A program made the position numbers and the translations under genes. Below the pieces are notes generated by a model. It saw nothing but the letters and a program-made list of their open reading frames with translations, was not told the origin of the DNA and did no database searches. Shown one piece after another: positions 1-20,314 of a stretch of DNA of 64,000 nt (positions within the stretch are counted from its first letter, which is position 1; each line of letters opens with the position of its first letter). The stretch is from the human T2T-CHM13v2.0 reference genome, Homo sapiens, in NCBI RefSeq assembly GCF_009914755.1, contig NC_060926.1. One strand, given 5' to 3'.

Positions 1-131
1 CAGCTAATTTTTGTAGAGACAGGGTTTTGTCACTTTGCCCAGGCTGGTCTGGAACTCCTGAGCTCAAGTGATCCAGCTGCTTAGGCCTCTCAAAGGGCTG
101 GTATTACAGGCATGAACCACTGCACTGAGCC
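1..131 (-). mobile_element. Alu left arm (AluJ-like), cut by window edge
   Basis: gaactcctgagctcaagtgatcc...ttacaggcatgaaccactgca, antisense Alu. Confidence 0.9.
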
Positions 132-282
132 AACTCTCTGCTCTTTGTTATTCAATTGCTGTGTGCCTCACTAATCTGATTCTTAGTACTCCCAAACTCT
201 GACCTTAGTGATATAACCATATTCTAAATTCATCATCATAGAATGCCCATCCATCCTCATTTCTGTTCTGTCTAGCCAAACC

Positions 283-757
283 TGCAGTTGGAGTCACTAC
301 AAAACTGGTGGCACAGAATTCCAACAAAGGACTGCCCCATAGCATCCCAAGATGGGGCTGATTGAGATTCCAAAGAAGGAGGTACTAGATGCCAGGAAAA
401 TCAATCCCAAGCATTTATTAGGGGAATTTACATAAAGAAGAGGGTGCGGCGTGTCTTAGCAACAGTGAGAAAAGAGATATTCCACCTAGATATGTCTGCA
501 ATGAGGGGATGGAGTTAATGGAGTTGACTTGAGTGTTTAAGAAGTTTGGCTCAGGGCCAAAGCTAGTTTCTATGTATGTAACAACATGGCTGATCTTTTA
601 GTGTTTTCCAACAGCAACCTAAATAGCTTTATCAATTTCTGAGAAGGTTCAAGACTGAAGGGGAAGACGTAGCTGGCTGGGTCACAGAGCAGTTAGGTCA
701 CTGTGTTTCTGGGTCAGGACATTGAAAGAAGGCAGGGGGAAAGTGGGGGACCCTACA
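283..757 (-). mobile_element. Solo LTR, ERVL class (MER54-like)
   Basis: Minus strand reads TGTAGGGTCCCCC...AATAAATGCTTGG...CTGCA with TG..CA ends; family name from memory. Confidence 0.55.
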
Positions 758-879
758 ATCTGTCACCCAGAGACCATGTCAAGAGAGATCTCTTTTTCGG
801 CATTTCTCAACATCTGTAGTATTTACAGTCAATGCTCTGCCCACGTTCCCTTACTCCTACAGTGCATGCCAGCCTAATA

Positions 880-1190
880 CCCAACTGCCAATATAATAGG
901 CAAGGAGATACTGAGGACTTCCTCTCCCTGCTGAAGTTCACTTTGCCCACCTATGTGGCAGTCCAGAAATGATGGGGCATTAAAACTTTCCAGGAGCAAC
1001 CCTCAGTCGGTGACTGGCAGTAGACAGTGTGTAAATAAATACCCCATCTCTCTCATCCCTAGCATTGGCTATCTCTCAGGGATGTGTCCTGCACTGCAGA
1101 GGTTCTCCAGCAGGACTGAGATCCAGTCCTCCACAGTGAGCTGGATTGATTCCTACCTTTCATTAGGTACCTTTCCTTTCTTGCCTTAGT
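880..1190. mobile_element. LTR16-like ERVL LTR fragment
   Basis: caggagcaaccctca...aataccccatctctctcatccct motif resembles LTR16. Confidence 0.5.
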
Positions 1191-2623
1191 TGGAAGTACT
1201 GTAGGCAAGGATAACTGAACACCACCATTCCTATCCAAAATACTCAAAGCATATTAATGTGTTTAGCTAGAGAATACAGTTAGAGATTATTAGTTGCCAA
1301 ACCTTGCTTTGAAAAAAAAGTGAAGAATTTTAGCTTCTGAAAGTCATTGCAATCAAATATTGAGCAACATGAAGATAAATCGGGAGCTCGCCGGTTTCTA
1401 TCAGAAATGTGCCCACATACGCACCACACTACACTGGTCTTGAATTGGTATTTGGCATTTGCTTTGAACATTTCAAGAGCTAGAATAACAAAAACAGCTG
1501 TGTCAAAAGTAAGTGTCTACTTGGTTTCATTAATGTGATCACACTCATATGGATTGTTTTAAAATATCCAAAAGACTGAAGGTCCTGATGAATCCGACAA
1601 AATAGAGTACTTTTTAGGGAAATTAGCAGCCTTAATGTCAAAGACAAATGTCAGATTATTTTGTTCCAATTTACTCATTTTAGGCTTAAGGATTCTCAAA
1701 AGATAGTGAACAATATATAATACACTAGACATTCTACTCCGCAAATTTAATTTTGAGCATATAATAATAGAATTTTATCTTTGGAAAGTTTGTGAAAATT
1801 CTTATGCATTCAATCTTGATATGAATCATTGTCTTTATAGTTGTTTTGATAATAATCTAATATTATCAAATCACGATCCCCAACTTCTCAAGACATAATG
1901 AATATACATTGAAATTTAAAGTACATGTGTTTACCAGACAATGCCTAGAGGAAATAAATAATTCAATTTCATATCATACAGGAATATTGGTTTTCTAGAC
2001 AATTGCCTTTACTGATTCAATCAATTAATCATTTGTGCTGGGCATTACAAATTAAGTAGTAACTGAAATATACAGTGCAAAAGAACCTCCCTTCCTGGAG
2101 ACTAATTCTGCAGAAGAGACTGGCAGTTTTTTTAAAAAAAAGTTTAAAAATAATTTAATGGTGATATGTGCTGTGGAGAAAAATATATAAATCAATGGAG
2201 TGTGACAGGACCTGCTAATGTTGGTTTGAGTGCTTGATATCAATTTTAAATAAGGTGGTCAAGAAAAAAAATCAATGAGAAGATAATTGAGCAAAAACAG
2301 GGAGCCAGTGAAAGGGTGATCCATGACAGTGCCTGCACTAAGGGTACACCAAGCAAGGAGAACTGGTACAAAGGTGCTGACGTGGAAATGTTTCTACATA
2401 GCAATTGCGTTAGTGTGACATGGAGAGGAATAAATGAGAAAAGGAGTGTTGGGAGATAAGGGAAGGAAAGTAGCAATGGGGCTGAAGCTATTCCAAGGAT
2501 TTTGGTTTTTAAGCTGAGTGATAAGGGATACCGCTAAGGATGCTAGGCAATGGAATGACAAGAATTGACTTACACTTTACTATGATCTAACTGGCTAACA
2601 TGTAAAGAACATAAAAGGGAGGT

Positions 2624-3333
<710 letters not shown>

Positions 3334-3401
3334 AGGGAATAAGGACAGAAACAGAATGCTACTTAGGAAGATGTTGCTTTATACAAAAAGGAGATGATGG
3401 T

Positions 3402-3709
3402 GGCCAGGCCCGGTGGCTCACGCCTGTAATCCCAGCACTTTGGGAGGCCGAAGCAGGCGGATCACCTGAGGTCAGGAGATCGAGACCATCCTGGCTAACA
3501 CGGTGAAACCCTGTCTCTACTAAAAATACGAAAAATTAGCCGGGCGTGGTGGTGGGTGCCTGTAGTCCCAGCTGCTCGACAGGCTGAGGCAGGAGAATGG
3601 CACGAACTCGGGAGGCAGAGCTTGCGGTGAGCTGAGATTGCACCACTGCACTCCAGCCTGGGCGACAGAGTGAGACTCCGTCTCAAAAAAAAAAAAAAAA
3701 AAAAAAAAA
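3402..3709 (+). mobile_element. Alu (AluY-like)
   Basis: gagatcgagaccatcctggctaacacgg, A25 tail. Confidence 0.95.
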
Positions 3710-4059
3710 GGTGATGGAATGATGGCAGCCTTGACCACAGTGCTTGCATGGGTATAAGGAGAATGATGTACTGGAAAATGTCCCAAACTATTTATTTTTT
3801 GATGGGGATAGTAACATTAATAGGTGATCAATGAAAAATTGTTTCAGAAGTAAAATACGATTAGGAAATGCTGGATTTCTCTACAAAAGATTTCTTGCAA
3901 CATTTATTAGGCTTGAGGATCTTTGTTATTTTGTTGTAAAAATATAAAATATGCGGTTATCAAAATCATCAGGAATTTTTTAATAGACAATATCACATAG
4001 CTAATATTCCAAAGAATATTCTTTAAGAATACAAGTGAATTATTGGATAGAAGATAGGG

Positions 4060-4230
4060 TCTGGTTTTTGACACATACTTCCTGTGTGACTCTGGATGAC
4101 TCTTTAACCTCTTTGAGATTTACTTCCCTCAATTCTAGAATGGACACACTACCTTTTAGATTGCTCACCTTACAGGGCTATACAAAGCTAATAAAATGTA
4201 CATATAAGCACTGTAAGCATCAGTGAGTAT
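4060..4230 (+). mobile_element. MIR fragment
   Basis: Core-like cttcctgtgtgactctggatgactctttaacctctttgag. Confidence 0.55.
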
Positions 4231-5179
4231 TATTATAAGACTTAGTGTGGCAACAAAGGAGCAGAGCAAACTGAGATGCTTAGTTTTTGCCAGGAGGAGC
4301 CTGAATGTCAGCCATCAAGGAGTCTTATCAGGTAGCATTATCTTGACAGTGACCCAATGGCCCTCAGTCCTTTGCCTCTGGAATTGATCAAACTATATTT
4401 ACAGAGCCTAACTACATCTGTCAGCTTATAAACTACATTGAAATAAGAATTTCTACCGATTAATGTAAAGTTGTCTAGGGACAACTGTGCTGATGTTCCC
4501 TATTTATTATAACTTATTTTCAAAATGAGGATATTTGGGAATGGCAAGCAAAGACATTTGTTTAGTAAACACCAAAGATCAGAGAGCAAAAACATCAGAT
4601 TTTTGTGGAAGGTATTCTCTTTAGGCCTTGGTGAGAACGGACTAACATCAGTCCTCAGCTAGGCAGTGACCAAGTCCTCTATATTTAATGTCTAGATGAA
4701 CTCTCTATCACTGGACTGAGAGGATGCTCCTTTTGTAAAGTAAACAAAATGAGCAACTCTTTACGTGCAGACACTCTTGCTCCAAATTAGAGAGAGGACC
4801 AGTGATTTGATTTTCATTTATAAATCATGGTCTGTTTCCACTTATGGTTCCTTGCAATTACCTCAGGTCTCTCAGAAATATCCAGTGGCCTAAATCACTC
4901 ATTCACAGTTGATTAAGCTCGTCCACTTTGCAGATTTTAGCAGTTTAACCATCAGAGGAATCCCATTTCTAATATAAAAGACATTGAGTCAATCTCACTC
5001 ATTGTAACACCAACTAGGGAAAGACTCAGTTAAGGAAGAAACTGCAGTGGCTATGGTTGATGGCAAAGTTTATGAAACATATCATAAGTATTGTATAGTG
5101 AATAAAGAAGAAGTTTGGGATCAAAATACAATTATAGGGAAATCAGTAGCATATTTTTACCATAAGAGCAGCTGATTTT

Positions 5180-8106
<2,927 letters not shown>

Positions 8107-8109
8107 CCA

Positions 8110-8700
8110 CATTTTTTGTTGTGACAGGAATGCTGGAAGGGGTTGAAATGGGAACAGTTTTCTTCCTCCAGTTGGGAGGAGGAATATCCCAATAAAGGTG
8201 GGGGAAAGTGATTGTCCTTGGAGAACAGACCTGAGTGTATTTCACAATGATTATTTCTTCATTTCTTCTGCCAGAGTTATGAAGGGATTTTTTTTTTTTT
8301 TTTTTGGTGTGTGTCTTCATGAGAACATCGTGGGGATTCTGAAAGTAAAGCAAACAAAAATGTAAAGGCCTCCCCAAGACTATGGCCTCCAAGACTTTCT
8401 AGTATTTGGTTTCTAGTTAGTTTCCAAGCTAGTCCATCCCTAACCTCCAGTACTTTATCAACATTACCATTTTGTGGTGTCCTCATCAATTTATGGTTCC
8501 AGTGGCTTCTGTTTCAAGTGAGACTTCTGTTGTGTTTCTCTTGTCTCCAGATTTAAGGGTGATGGTTTGCCTAGTGACTTCAGTTCTCTGATAGGTTCAA
8601 GAAAAGTTCATGGTTTTTAGTTTGTTCAACTTTTTCTTATTTTAAGGATGGAGCAACTTGCAAGCTCTTGGCATATTAGAGTTAAAACCAGAAGTCCTTT
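8110..8700 (-). mobile_element. Old L1M 5' region, probable continuation of 5180-5941
   Basis: Resembles L1M 5' sequence; lies on the far side of the Alu/L1PA insertions. Confidence 0.5.
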
Positions 8701-9698
8701 ATTCTGTTTTATAGCCACTTTTATATTCCTTTTTTTGGAAATGAGTTTCTAGAGAAAGAAAGGAGTCCGTTACTAAACCTGAAACTTACTAGATTTAGAA
8801 GTTCACATCACACTGAGACTCACTGTGATTCTCTGTGAATATAACATCTGTCACTTCTCTGTCTAAATTCTGGGGAAAGTCCAGTTTAGGCCTACTCTTG
8901 TGGCGTGCATTTATGCCCCTGGGTATGATTTAGGTTACCTAACAGTTGTCATTCTTGATCGAGTGATGGGAGGAAAGAATTGCAAGGACTGTAAAATGAA
9001 ACTGGCCATGAGCAGGACCCAGCAAGAAAAGAGATAAATGCTAGATGGAAACTGCCATTTGCCCACAATTCTAACATCTTAAATTCAGTTCTTAGCTATT
9101 GGGTGTCAGTTTTTAGAAGTGAAAAACTAACACTCTTCTCTCCCCACCAAACCAAGATAAAAAAGCATTGAGACATTTCTTGATAGTCACTATAAAAAAT
9201 AAAGATAAACTGAGCAAAGATTAAGTATTTTTCCTTCTTCCAAAATAAGATAAAACTTTTATTATAAAATATGCTGCTAAATATGGACATGCTCTTTGAA
9301 AAAATAACAGAAATCATATGCTTGCAGTAGATTTATAGAATCAAGTTTTTAGAATTGGAATGTATTTTGAAGGTGAGTGTCTTTTTAATAACTTTTAAAT
9401 AACTAATTTTATCCAGTTGCAATAAAGGGGTTATATGCAAATACACCAGAATGCTATGGGTTCTTCTTTCTCATTCTTTCATTTTATGTAGACTTGGACA
9501 TGTTTTTTTTGGTATGAACATGAATTTCTTTAGTTTTCAGTGGCATTTATTATAAGCCAGACAATATGCTATTTATTTTTTTGAATTATTTTTAAACTTT
9601 TGAAAAGTAGCATATCCAATAAATTCTGTAATTATAAAATAAAATGATGGCTTTGTACTTCATATGATGTGACAATTGTTAATCTCCATCGCCTGTTT

Positions 9699-9936
9699 CA
9701 GTAGGTCTCAACCTTTTATTCATTATTGTCCCCTAAGGTGCCTTTCTAGATATTTTTTTTCCTAATTACTCCCTCTCCCATAAAATTTTATTACTATTGC
9801 AGATATACTCCATATCTGCTTATGTACTGCAGCCCTTGAGAAGTCCAAAAACACTGTAATATCTCCTAATTTACCCCTTCCCCATAAACCAGTTTTCACC
9901 TCTTGAACATGCTATTATCCTAGTTGAGAATGCATG
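9699..9936. mobile_element. hAT-Charlie-type non-autonomous DNA element
   Basis: Degenerate terminal inverted repeats cagtaggtctcaac / gttgagaatgcatg. Confidence 0.45.
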
Positions 9937-10144
9937 CCCTATTTGATTAATAATAATGGTTATCTTTTATAAATCACCAAACTAAATATGTAGGTGCTGG
10001 TTCTAGAGTCACATTATTTAGGTTAGTATTCTGGAGCAACTCTTTACCAGATTTGTGATTGTGAATTATTTATTAAACTCAAAGTTCCTCAATTTTCTCA
10101 ATTCAAAATAAAAATAATAGCACCCGAATTGGTGAAAGTAATAC

Positions 10145-10575
10145 TGACAGTTGTAACAAACATCCCCAAATGCAGGATGTTTCAAATCCTATAGAAGAGT
10201 ATTTCTCAGTAATATAAATTCCAAACAGAATGTTACTGAGTGTCAGGTTAGCTCTAGTCCAGGTGCTGGCTTCTTCCACCATGCGATTCATCAACTGAAG
10301 CTCATATTGTTTCCCAGGTTGCACTGGGAGTTGGTATCCAGCCATTAGTCAAGACAAGATAAGGGAAAATTGCAAAATAATGAAAAGCCTTTAGGGGCCA
10401 GTGTGGAAGTGATACATACTAGTTTTAGCCACGTTCCTCTCACCAGAATTTAGGTCCAGCTATGATTGCCACACTTAAGTAAAAGAGGGGAATGGGTGGG
10501 AAATATGTTCCATCTCTGTGTTTAGGAAAGATAGGAGATGAATTTCATTAATAGCTAGTCAGTCTCTGCCATGGC
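10145..10575 (-). mobile_element. Old MaLR LTR (MLT1) fragment
   Basis: gccagtgtggaagtgatacat...ctagtcagtctctgcca end motif. Confidence 0.45.
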
Positions 10576-11054
10576 AGTTATTTCATAGCATTGTGAAGAT
10601 TATTAAACTATTTGAAAGATATATTATGTCTAGAATTGTCTAGCACTACAACTGGGATGTTTTGAATATTATGGATGGGGCATAAAATGTAAGTTTAGAT
10701 ACCGTCATTATACAGATGAGGGAAATGACAGGCGGAGATACCACTATCCTAATGAGGATGACTGGAGATGAGGGAATTGATATTTATGGAGATTAAGAAT
10801 TTCCTCAATGTCACTGAGGTAGAATTTTAATACAGCTTAATAAAAATTTAAAACCCATTTGTTTCCTCTCATTTCACTGTGCTTACTCTATTCAATAATT
10901 TAATTAGTTACTTTTGCTTTTTAAAAGGCACTGTCATTCTGTTTTCCATGATAACTCAAGGTTTCTTTAATAGAGTGAATAAATAATTATATCATTTTAT
11001 AAAATGTTTTGGGATTATCATAATAAAGATAATGATGATGACATCAATTCTTGA

Positions 11055-11423
<369 letters not shown>

Positions 11424-11490
11424 TAAGAAATAAATTTCTCCAAGCATATAGAAATTAATCTAATTGATGTGTGCATATATTTTTAAATAA

Positions 11491-11812
<322 letters not shown>

Positions 11813-12239
11813 TAACTCATGTTAGCAGCCCTATTAAGGCAGCCAACATTTTATCAGTTTCAAATTTATTCACTATGTCACTAAGATGATGGTTCTTGAT
11901 TTATTTTTATTAATTTTTATTTCTATAGAAAATCTATGAATTGTGATTGCAGTTTTATGGCTGATAACTTTCTAGAAAAAATTATGATATACAACAAAAC
12001 TTAACGAATATCAGCAAAAAGGGGAATCTACACCTTCACACTATTCTATTCACGTTTGCACTTTCTTCCAATTTTCTTTGTGCATACATGTTTGCAGTTA
12101 TAGCATACTATACTCTTTATATTTTTTGTTGTTTGCTAATGTAATTCTGTATTTCTACGGAGTCTTCAAAATTATCACTTTTAATGGCTTCAAGACATTC
12201 TCTATGCTGTTATATAATTGGTAACATTTAACCGTTTAG

Positions 12240-12574
<335 letters not shown>

Positions 12575-12990
12575 TCTCATTACTTTTTCTTACATGTATA
12601 CTTTCTTCTTAACATTAGTAAATGTAGGTTGAGAAGTTATTTTCGATTTTTGTCAGCATGACATTTTGCCCCAGTTGTGTCTCTTTTTCTGTCTATAGTT
12701 GCTACCTATCAATATTTTTAAAAAAATTCTGCCCCTCTTTTAAGCCATAATTATCACTCATTCATTCATTGAATTTCTTAAGTGTTTCTCTTCATTGTAG
12801 TTTTAAATTTTTCTCTTTCTAAACACTTTATAGTTTTCTAAAAACTTTAGCATTCAAATAATATCCTGGTTTTATTGCCTTACAGTGCAAGATAATTCAT
12901 ATTGAACAGCTTGTTATTTTACTGACTGTAAATTGATTACATTCTCAAATCTCATTATTGAACATTTTGTAGAGCCAGTATAGTTAAGTA

Positions 12991-13150
12991 TAGTAGTCCG
13001 TCTTTACATGGGGGATACATTTCAAGACCCCCAGTGGATGCCTGAAATTGTAGATAGTACTGAACCCTACCCTATATATGCTATGTTTTCCCTAAACATA
13101 CATACTTATGATAAAATTTAATTTATAAATTAGGCAAGGTAGGAGATTAA
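12991..13150 (-). mobile_element. TcMar-Tigger (MER44/Tigger7-like) end fragment
   Basis: gggggatacatttcaagacccccagtggatgcctgaaa...gatagtactgaaccc. Confidence 0.7.
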
Positions 13151-14386
13151 TGACCAGTTATTCAGAAGATAGAGCATATGAAAGTGATGACTGATAAACC
13201 TGTAAAAGATTTTCCACATTCCTTAAAATATAATGCCTTTAAGGATATGAAACTAATTTATTTCATAACAGTAGCTACATTACTATTCTTGGCATATGAA
13301 AAATTGAATGTTGAGAAGTACCACTATAAAATTTTAAAAATGAGAAGTCATGGCAAATATATACCTTATAACTTATATCAATACAGAGGTGCCATAAGAC
13401 ATTAAAAATTATCATTGCTTTCTGATATTAGTTTACTATTATTTTATTGTTTTTGTTATTATTGTCAGTTTAGCATAGTTAAAAATATACTGTATGAAAA
13501 ATATGATAGTTATAATGCTGTTCACCAATTATTTCCAACTCTCCGTTCTTTTTTAACACATGGTAGGATTGCACTTTTTAGGGGCTCCATTTGGGGAGAT
13601 AGGGCTTTAAGACAGGTTCTGTCCAGTGGGTTTGGAACAGACATATCTTCTGGCCAGATTTCATTGCCAGTATGACATTCTCAAGCTCATTTTCTTCTGC
13701 CACAGGTAGCCACGTTACAGAGAGTGACTGTTCTGCTCATATTGATCTTGATATGCATATAGGATAAACAGGAAATAAGTCTTTGCTTACTTTTATTTAA
13801 ACAACTGTGATTTGGGGATTGTTAACATAGCAAAATCAATCATCTTCTGCTCATGACAGAAAAGTCAGTTTTTGTTTTATTTGGGCAATTTGCTCATCTA
13901 ATATTTGCTCATCTTATTATTATCCTAGTAGCAATTTATAACAAATGGTTCATGAAGAGTTCTGATTTCAGATTATTTATTTCCCACGTAGCCTCAGTAG
14001 GATAATGTGGTTTGGTTAATTTGGCCCCCTATTACTTGTACTTCAACAGGTTAATTTTATAACTACTTATTTTATAATGTAGGTTTCATTGCTTTTATTC
14101 AGAATTAAAATGTGTCTTTGCATAGTAATATTTCATTTACAGGATAAATATTCATTGAATAAATTCTCAAATGCACATCTGTTACCTTTGAAAAAGTTCT
14201 TTCTTCCCTAAGTTTCATTTAGTTCTTACCTTACTTAGATAGATATCCACAAGTTTATCATGAATTCTTTAAAAATAAACTCTTAATCTAGGCATACTTA
14301 TTTAGTGGAGCATAGTTCAGCATATCATTTATGGAAAAAATTGTTTTGACACTAAATTACAATATTCCCTAATTTAAAATCTCTGC

Positions 14387-14688
<302 letters not shown>

Positions 14689-15139
14689 AAAATCTCTGCA
14701 TATCCTTTGAAAAATTAAATATAAATATAACTTGTATTAATATATTTGAATTTCAAATACATTTGGAAGCACTTAGTTTTTAGGGCAACAATACTATGAA
14801 TTCTTTTGGAAAGCCAAGATTTATTTTGTCCCTTTATTCTTAAGAATAAAGATTTTATAAAATGACTCCTTTCCTTAGACTGAAAAATCATATTACATCA
14901 CACATTACATATATACCTAAAAATGAAGTTAAATTTAATATCATGTTACATCAGAGATGTAGCTGTAAGATAATTTATAATTACAAATTATTTTTAGTAA
15001 TGTCTCCTAAATTAGAGCTAAGAGTGGTAAAATAATCAATATAATCTCTATTCTGAGGTTTAAACAGATGACTCCAGGAATATAAAATCTGAGGTAGACA
15101 CTTCATTAGTTGAGTGAAGTTTCTGTAACAAACTGTAAA

Positions 15140-15188
15140 GAAAGGTTGATGTCTTATGAAATGTGAAAGGTTGATGTCTTATGAAATG
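15140..15188. repeat. 25-bp tandem duplication
   Basis: gaaaggttgatgtcttatgaaatg twice. Confidence 0.9.
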
Positions 15189-17276
15189 GGAGTGGACCAG
15201 AAAGGAACAGCTGCTCACTACCAAAAAGAGGTGAGTGAAGGCTCTGCCTGTAAAGAGGGCCACATTTTCTTTTAAGAAGTCAATTTTAAGTCTTCTGGTA
15301 GATTGCGTTGTAGTTCAGGCCATCATCATTTGCCTCACTCTCATCATGCTTACTGAAATGAGCAAATGAATAAACTCCAGGGGGAAGTCCCGTATCAGCA
15401 AGGCATCATATGCCACAGACTTCTACTAGTTATAGGGCATATACACTGTGTAAAGTGAAAATAACAAGGGTAACTTACTAACCTCCTCAGTGAGAGGCTG
15501 TGGCAAAGTCAGTAAGAGGAAGAGAAAGGGTAACTGTTGGCTGAACACCCAAGAGTGTGGGGTAAAGATGGGGCGTGAAGGTGAAGCTGGGCTATGGACA
15601 AAGAAAGACCAATTACTTGGAACCCATTTCACTATCATTTATTGACAGCATTCTAACCATCCCCATCAGTGACTGCTGAGGCAATAGAAACCACTTTCAA
15701 ACAGATTAAAACAGAAATTAACTGTTCTTTCAACCTATGTTTCCTTAAAATATATCATGCCATAGTGTGAGTTTTTAAAGTTTGGGGAATTTTAGGGCTA
15801 AAACAGCAGGTGCTGAGCATTAAGTTATTCAAGTATTAATTTAACGCCTCATAACTTTAGTTAATGTGACAACTAAAAGAAATTAAAATATAATAAATGT
15901 TTCTTAAGGAGAAAGCTTATTAATCTTTATTAAAGGTAAGGGTAAAGTAAGAATATATGATAAAAATCTGAATAAAATAAAAAATACTAGTTAAGCGCAT
16001 GTCTACAGGCACCACTTTAAACATTTTCTATGTATAAGTATATTTAATAATACATTATTGTTATTATTTCCATTTCAAAAATAAAGGAAGTTAAGGACAG
16101 ACAGATTGGGTGATATGCTGACTCCTATATGTTGGAATTTGAATTAAATCCAATCAGTATTCTCCACCTCCCCAAGTCTGAGTATGCTCCATTGCCTTCA
16201 AAAACCAGAAGCAAATATCTGTTAGGATCATAATTGTAAATGAGTTAACCTTACCTGTTGAAAGACTAAGGAAAAAAAAGTAAACCGCTGAGTAAAATAA
16301 AATGATACACAGAGATGATAAATTAAAGTTTAGTCAAAGTTATATTAATCAAGTACAGATAAAAGAAAGCAGAGATTATAATGTTGATTTCAGATTTTAA
16401 AAAATAATTCATAGCAAACTAAAATTGAATGTTTCCAAGAAGGCCATTTTTATTGCAGTGTAAAATCTTAGGGATTTTACAATGACTAAACATTACATTA
16501 GTCATTTTATATATGTGCCAAATAGCTTGATAGGTATATTGTAAATTCAGCTTTATAAATTTAGAGATTATATTATTAACTCAAATTGGATTTGCAATTG
16601 TTATATCTACCTGTTGAATTAAACCTGTATCATTTTGAGTTGTTCTCTTTTTTCCTTGAACTCTCTTGTCTAATATTTATAGAGTTACACTAGGTTTCTT
16701 TGGCTTCATATGTGCATGGTTATTATTTTTCATTCTTTTTTCAACCTTTCTGTGTAATTGTGTTGTAGAAGTCTTTTGTAAGTGGCTTATAGTTTTGTTT
16801 TTTTAATCTAGTTCTCATTTGTTTTTAATTGGAGCATTAAATCAATTTATAGTTGATGTAATACCAATGTGTTTGGGTTTAAATCTGCCATCTGGTTTTG
16901 TACTTGCTGTTCTGTGTTTAGTATTTTTTTTTTTACTCTCTTTTCTTGGTTTCCTTTTTATTACAAAAGCATTTTCAATTAAATTTTTTCCCTAAGAATT
17001 TTGGAACTTACAGATTGTTTACTAACTTTGGAGACAGTACAGATTCTGTCTTATATACTTCTAGTTGAATATTAATAAATTCATTTGTCTTCCCTTTCAA
17101 GAATACAAGGACATTAGTATAGTCCATTTGCACCTCTTCTGACTGACATGTTACTATTGTATATTTTAATTTCATTCTGTTATGATACTAACAAGACATT
17201 ATCTTATTGTTCTGTTCAATTACTAGTTTATAAATTTACTCACGTATTTACCATACCCACTGATCACCTCACATAA

Positions 17277-17972
<696 letters not shown>

Positions 17973-17999
17973 TGTATTGTTGTTTTTTAAAAAATTATT

Positions 18000-18145
18000 T
18001 TAGTGTTTATTGTATCTCCTCTTCCAACTAAAATGTATGTTCTGAATACACTGACATTCATGGATTTTTTCCTAGTGCTTAGAACAATGCCTGGCCCCTA
18101 TAGGAAGCACCAATTATATATTTATTGAGTGAAAGAATGAATTTA
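18000..18145 (+). mobile_element. L2 3' end
   Basis: cctagtgcttagaacaatgcctggc...tatttattgagtgaaagaatgaat. Confidence 0.7.
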
Positions 18146-20018
18146 TTCTTAAGTGTCTTACACTCCATCCTGAGATCAACTTCCTTCTGTCCAAAGTATA
18201 TCTTTTATGTTCCCTTTGTGAAGATTTGCTGATGTGCTCCCTTATTTTTTCCCTAGAAATATCTTATTTCATCCTAAAAAAATGTTTTTCAGCATGCAGG
18301 AATGCTTTTATTATTTAATATTAAGACATTTAAGATATTAATTCTCTGACACCTGACTTCCATTATTGCTGTTGAGCAGTCTGCTGTCAGTCAAACTGTC
18401 CCTCCTTTGTGGTAAATTTGTCTGTCTTCTCGGGCTACTACTAAAAACTTCTTTTCACATTCTATACTCTTCATTTTCACAGTGTTGTATTTGTTGCGCA
18501 TTTCTTTTTTAATTAACTTGTTTTTGGGTTCATTAGATCTCGTCTTGTCTTCTATCACTTCTAGAAAATTCTCAGCCATAGCATCTTCAAATACTTGTCT
18601 CTGTCCCATTTTCCCACTGTTCTCCTTTTAAACTTTAAATGTGTTAGAACTCAATCTGTTCTTCATGTATTTTAACTTCCTTTTTAGATTTTTCATCTCT
18701 GCTTCTGCTGATTCTTATTCCTGCTTTTTCTGCTTCGTGGTACCTTGCCTCTTGCATGCTTTGTTATATTTTAGTGTGAGCATCTCTTTTTCCTTGGGAA
18801 ATTATCCATGGGAATATTTGAGGCTAGAATGAAGGTGTATTCATTCTTTCAGAGGATTTACTTTTGCTACCTCCCAGAGCACTCCCTATATGAGAGTAGT
18901 TTATGGAGGTTGAAGGATGTTTTGTCTGCTCAGTTGATATGTATTAATATTTGGACAGCTCTGAACCAAAGCAGCTTTTTCTTTTTTTCAGCTTCCTTGG
19001 GTTGTCAATGAAGTAGGTGCACATATTTCTGGGTCGCATGTGCCCTCTGAGGATACAGTTATATAATTGAGAATCTCCTCCTTGATTTTCCATGTTGGCT
19101 GGAAACTGGATTTTACTTTATTTCTCTCTTACCACCCCACAGTCATCCCAAGCTTCCTGCCCAGGTTATCAGTCTGTGATCATGGAAGCTTGAGCTCTCC
19201 AAGCTTGGCAGTTATCTAAGAATAAGGAATTCTGTCTTTACTCTTTTTTTTGTCAGGTCTTTAGTGAGATATTTATACATGTAATCACAAAATAATATAT
19301 TATCATTACCTAGTTTTTAATACTTTTTAGCTAGAGACTCCATCTGACAATGGAATCATCCATAGTATCTTTGTGTCATTGTTCTCTACAAATAATGATT
19401 TTAAATCAATGGGAAGTATTAGGAACTGTTTAATAATAAAACACTGGGAGAAGTGGTTAATCATTAAGGGATGGAGGAAGACTTTGAGAAGGAAAAAGGC
19501 TGATAACTATGTGATTTGAATCTAATTCATTTCACACTGCAACTGGATACATAGTTTGGCATATGGTGGTTTAAATACCATACATATAAGGTGCCATTAG
19601 ATACACCTTTACCACTTCCATATTAACATTTCTGGTGACTCACAAGAACATCTGTAACAAAATTCTGGCATTCATAGATTTTCAAACAAAAATACATGTT
19701 TACTTTTAATTCCATTTTGCCTATTTTTAAAGTTTTATACTCATTTATGGATTTTGGGTATTGTATGACATACGTTGATTTTTCTTCATTTGAAGATCAA
19801 ACATAAATTCACCTACACAACTTTTCCAAAACTGTTATGGTTTCACGTTTTCAACTTCTATTTGTGAATTAGCTTTTTCTTTTTTTCTAAAAAGTTAACC
19901 AGTTATACAATGCAATTAATTAAATGCAGATGTCTATGATTTTAAAAAACTATCTATACTACATAAATTAATTTGATCTATTTCTGATACATTCATATTT
20001 TAAATATGTAGCTATTTA

Positions 20019-20314
<296 letters not shown>

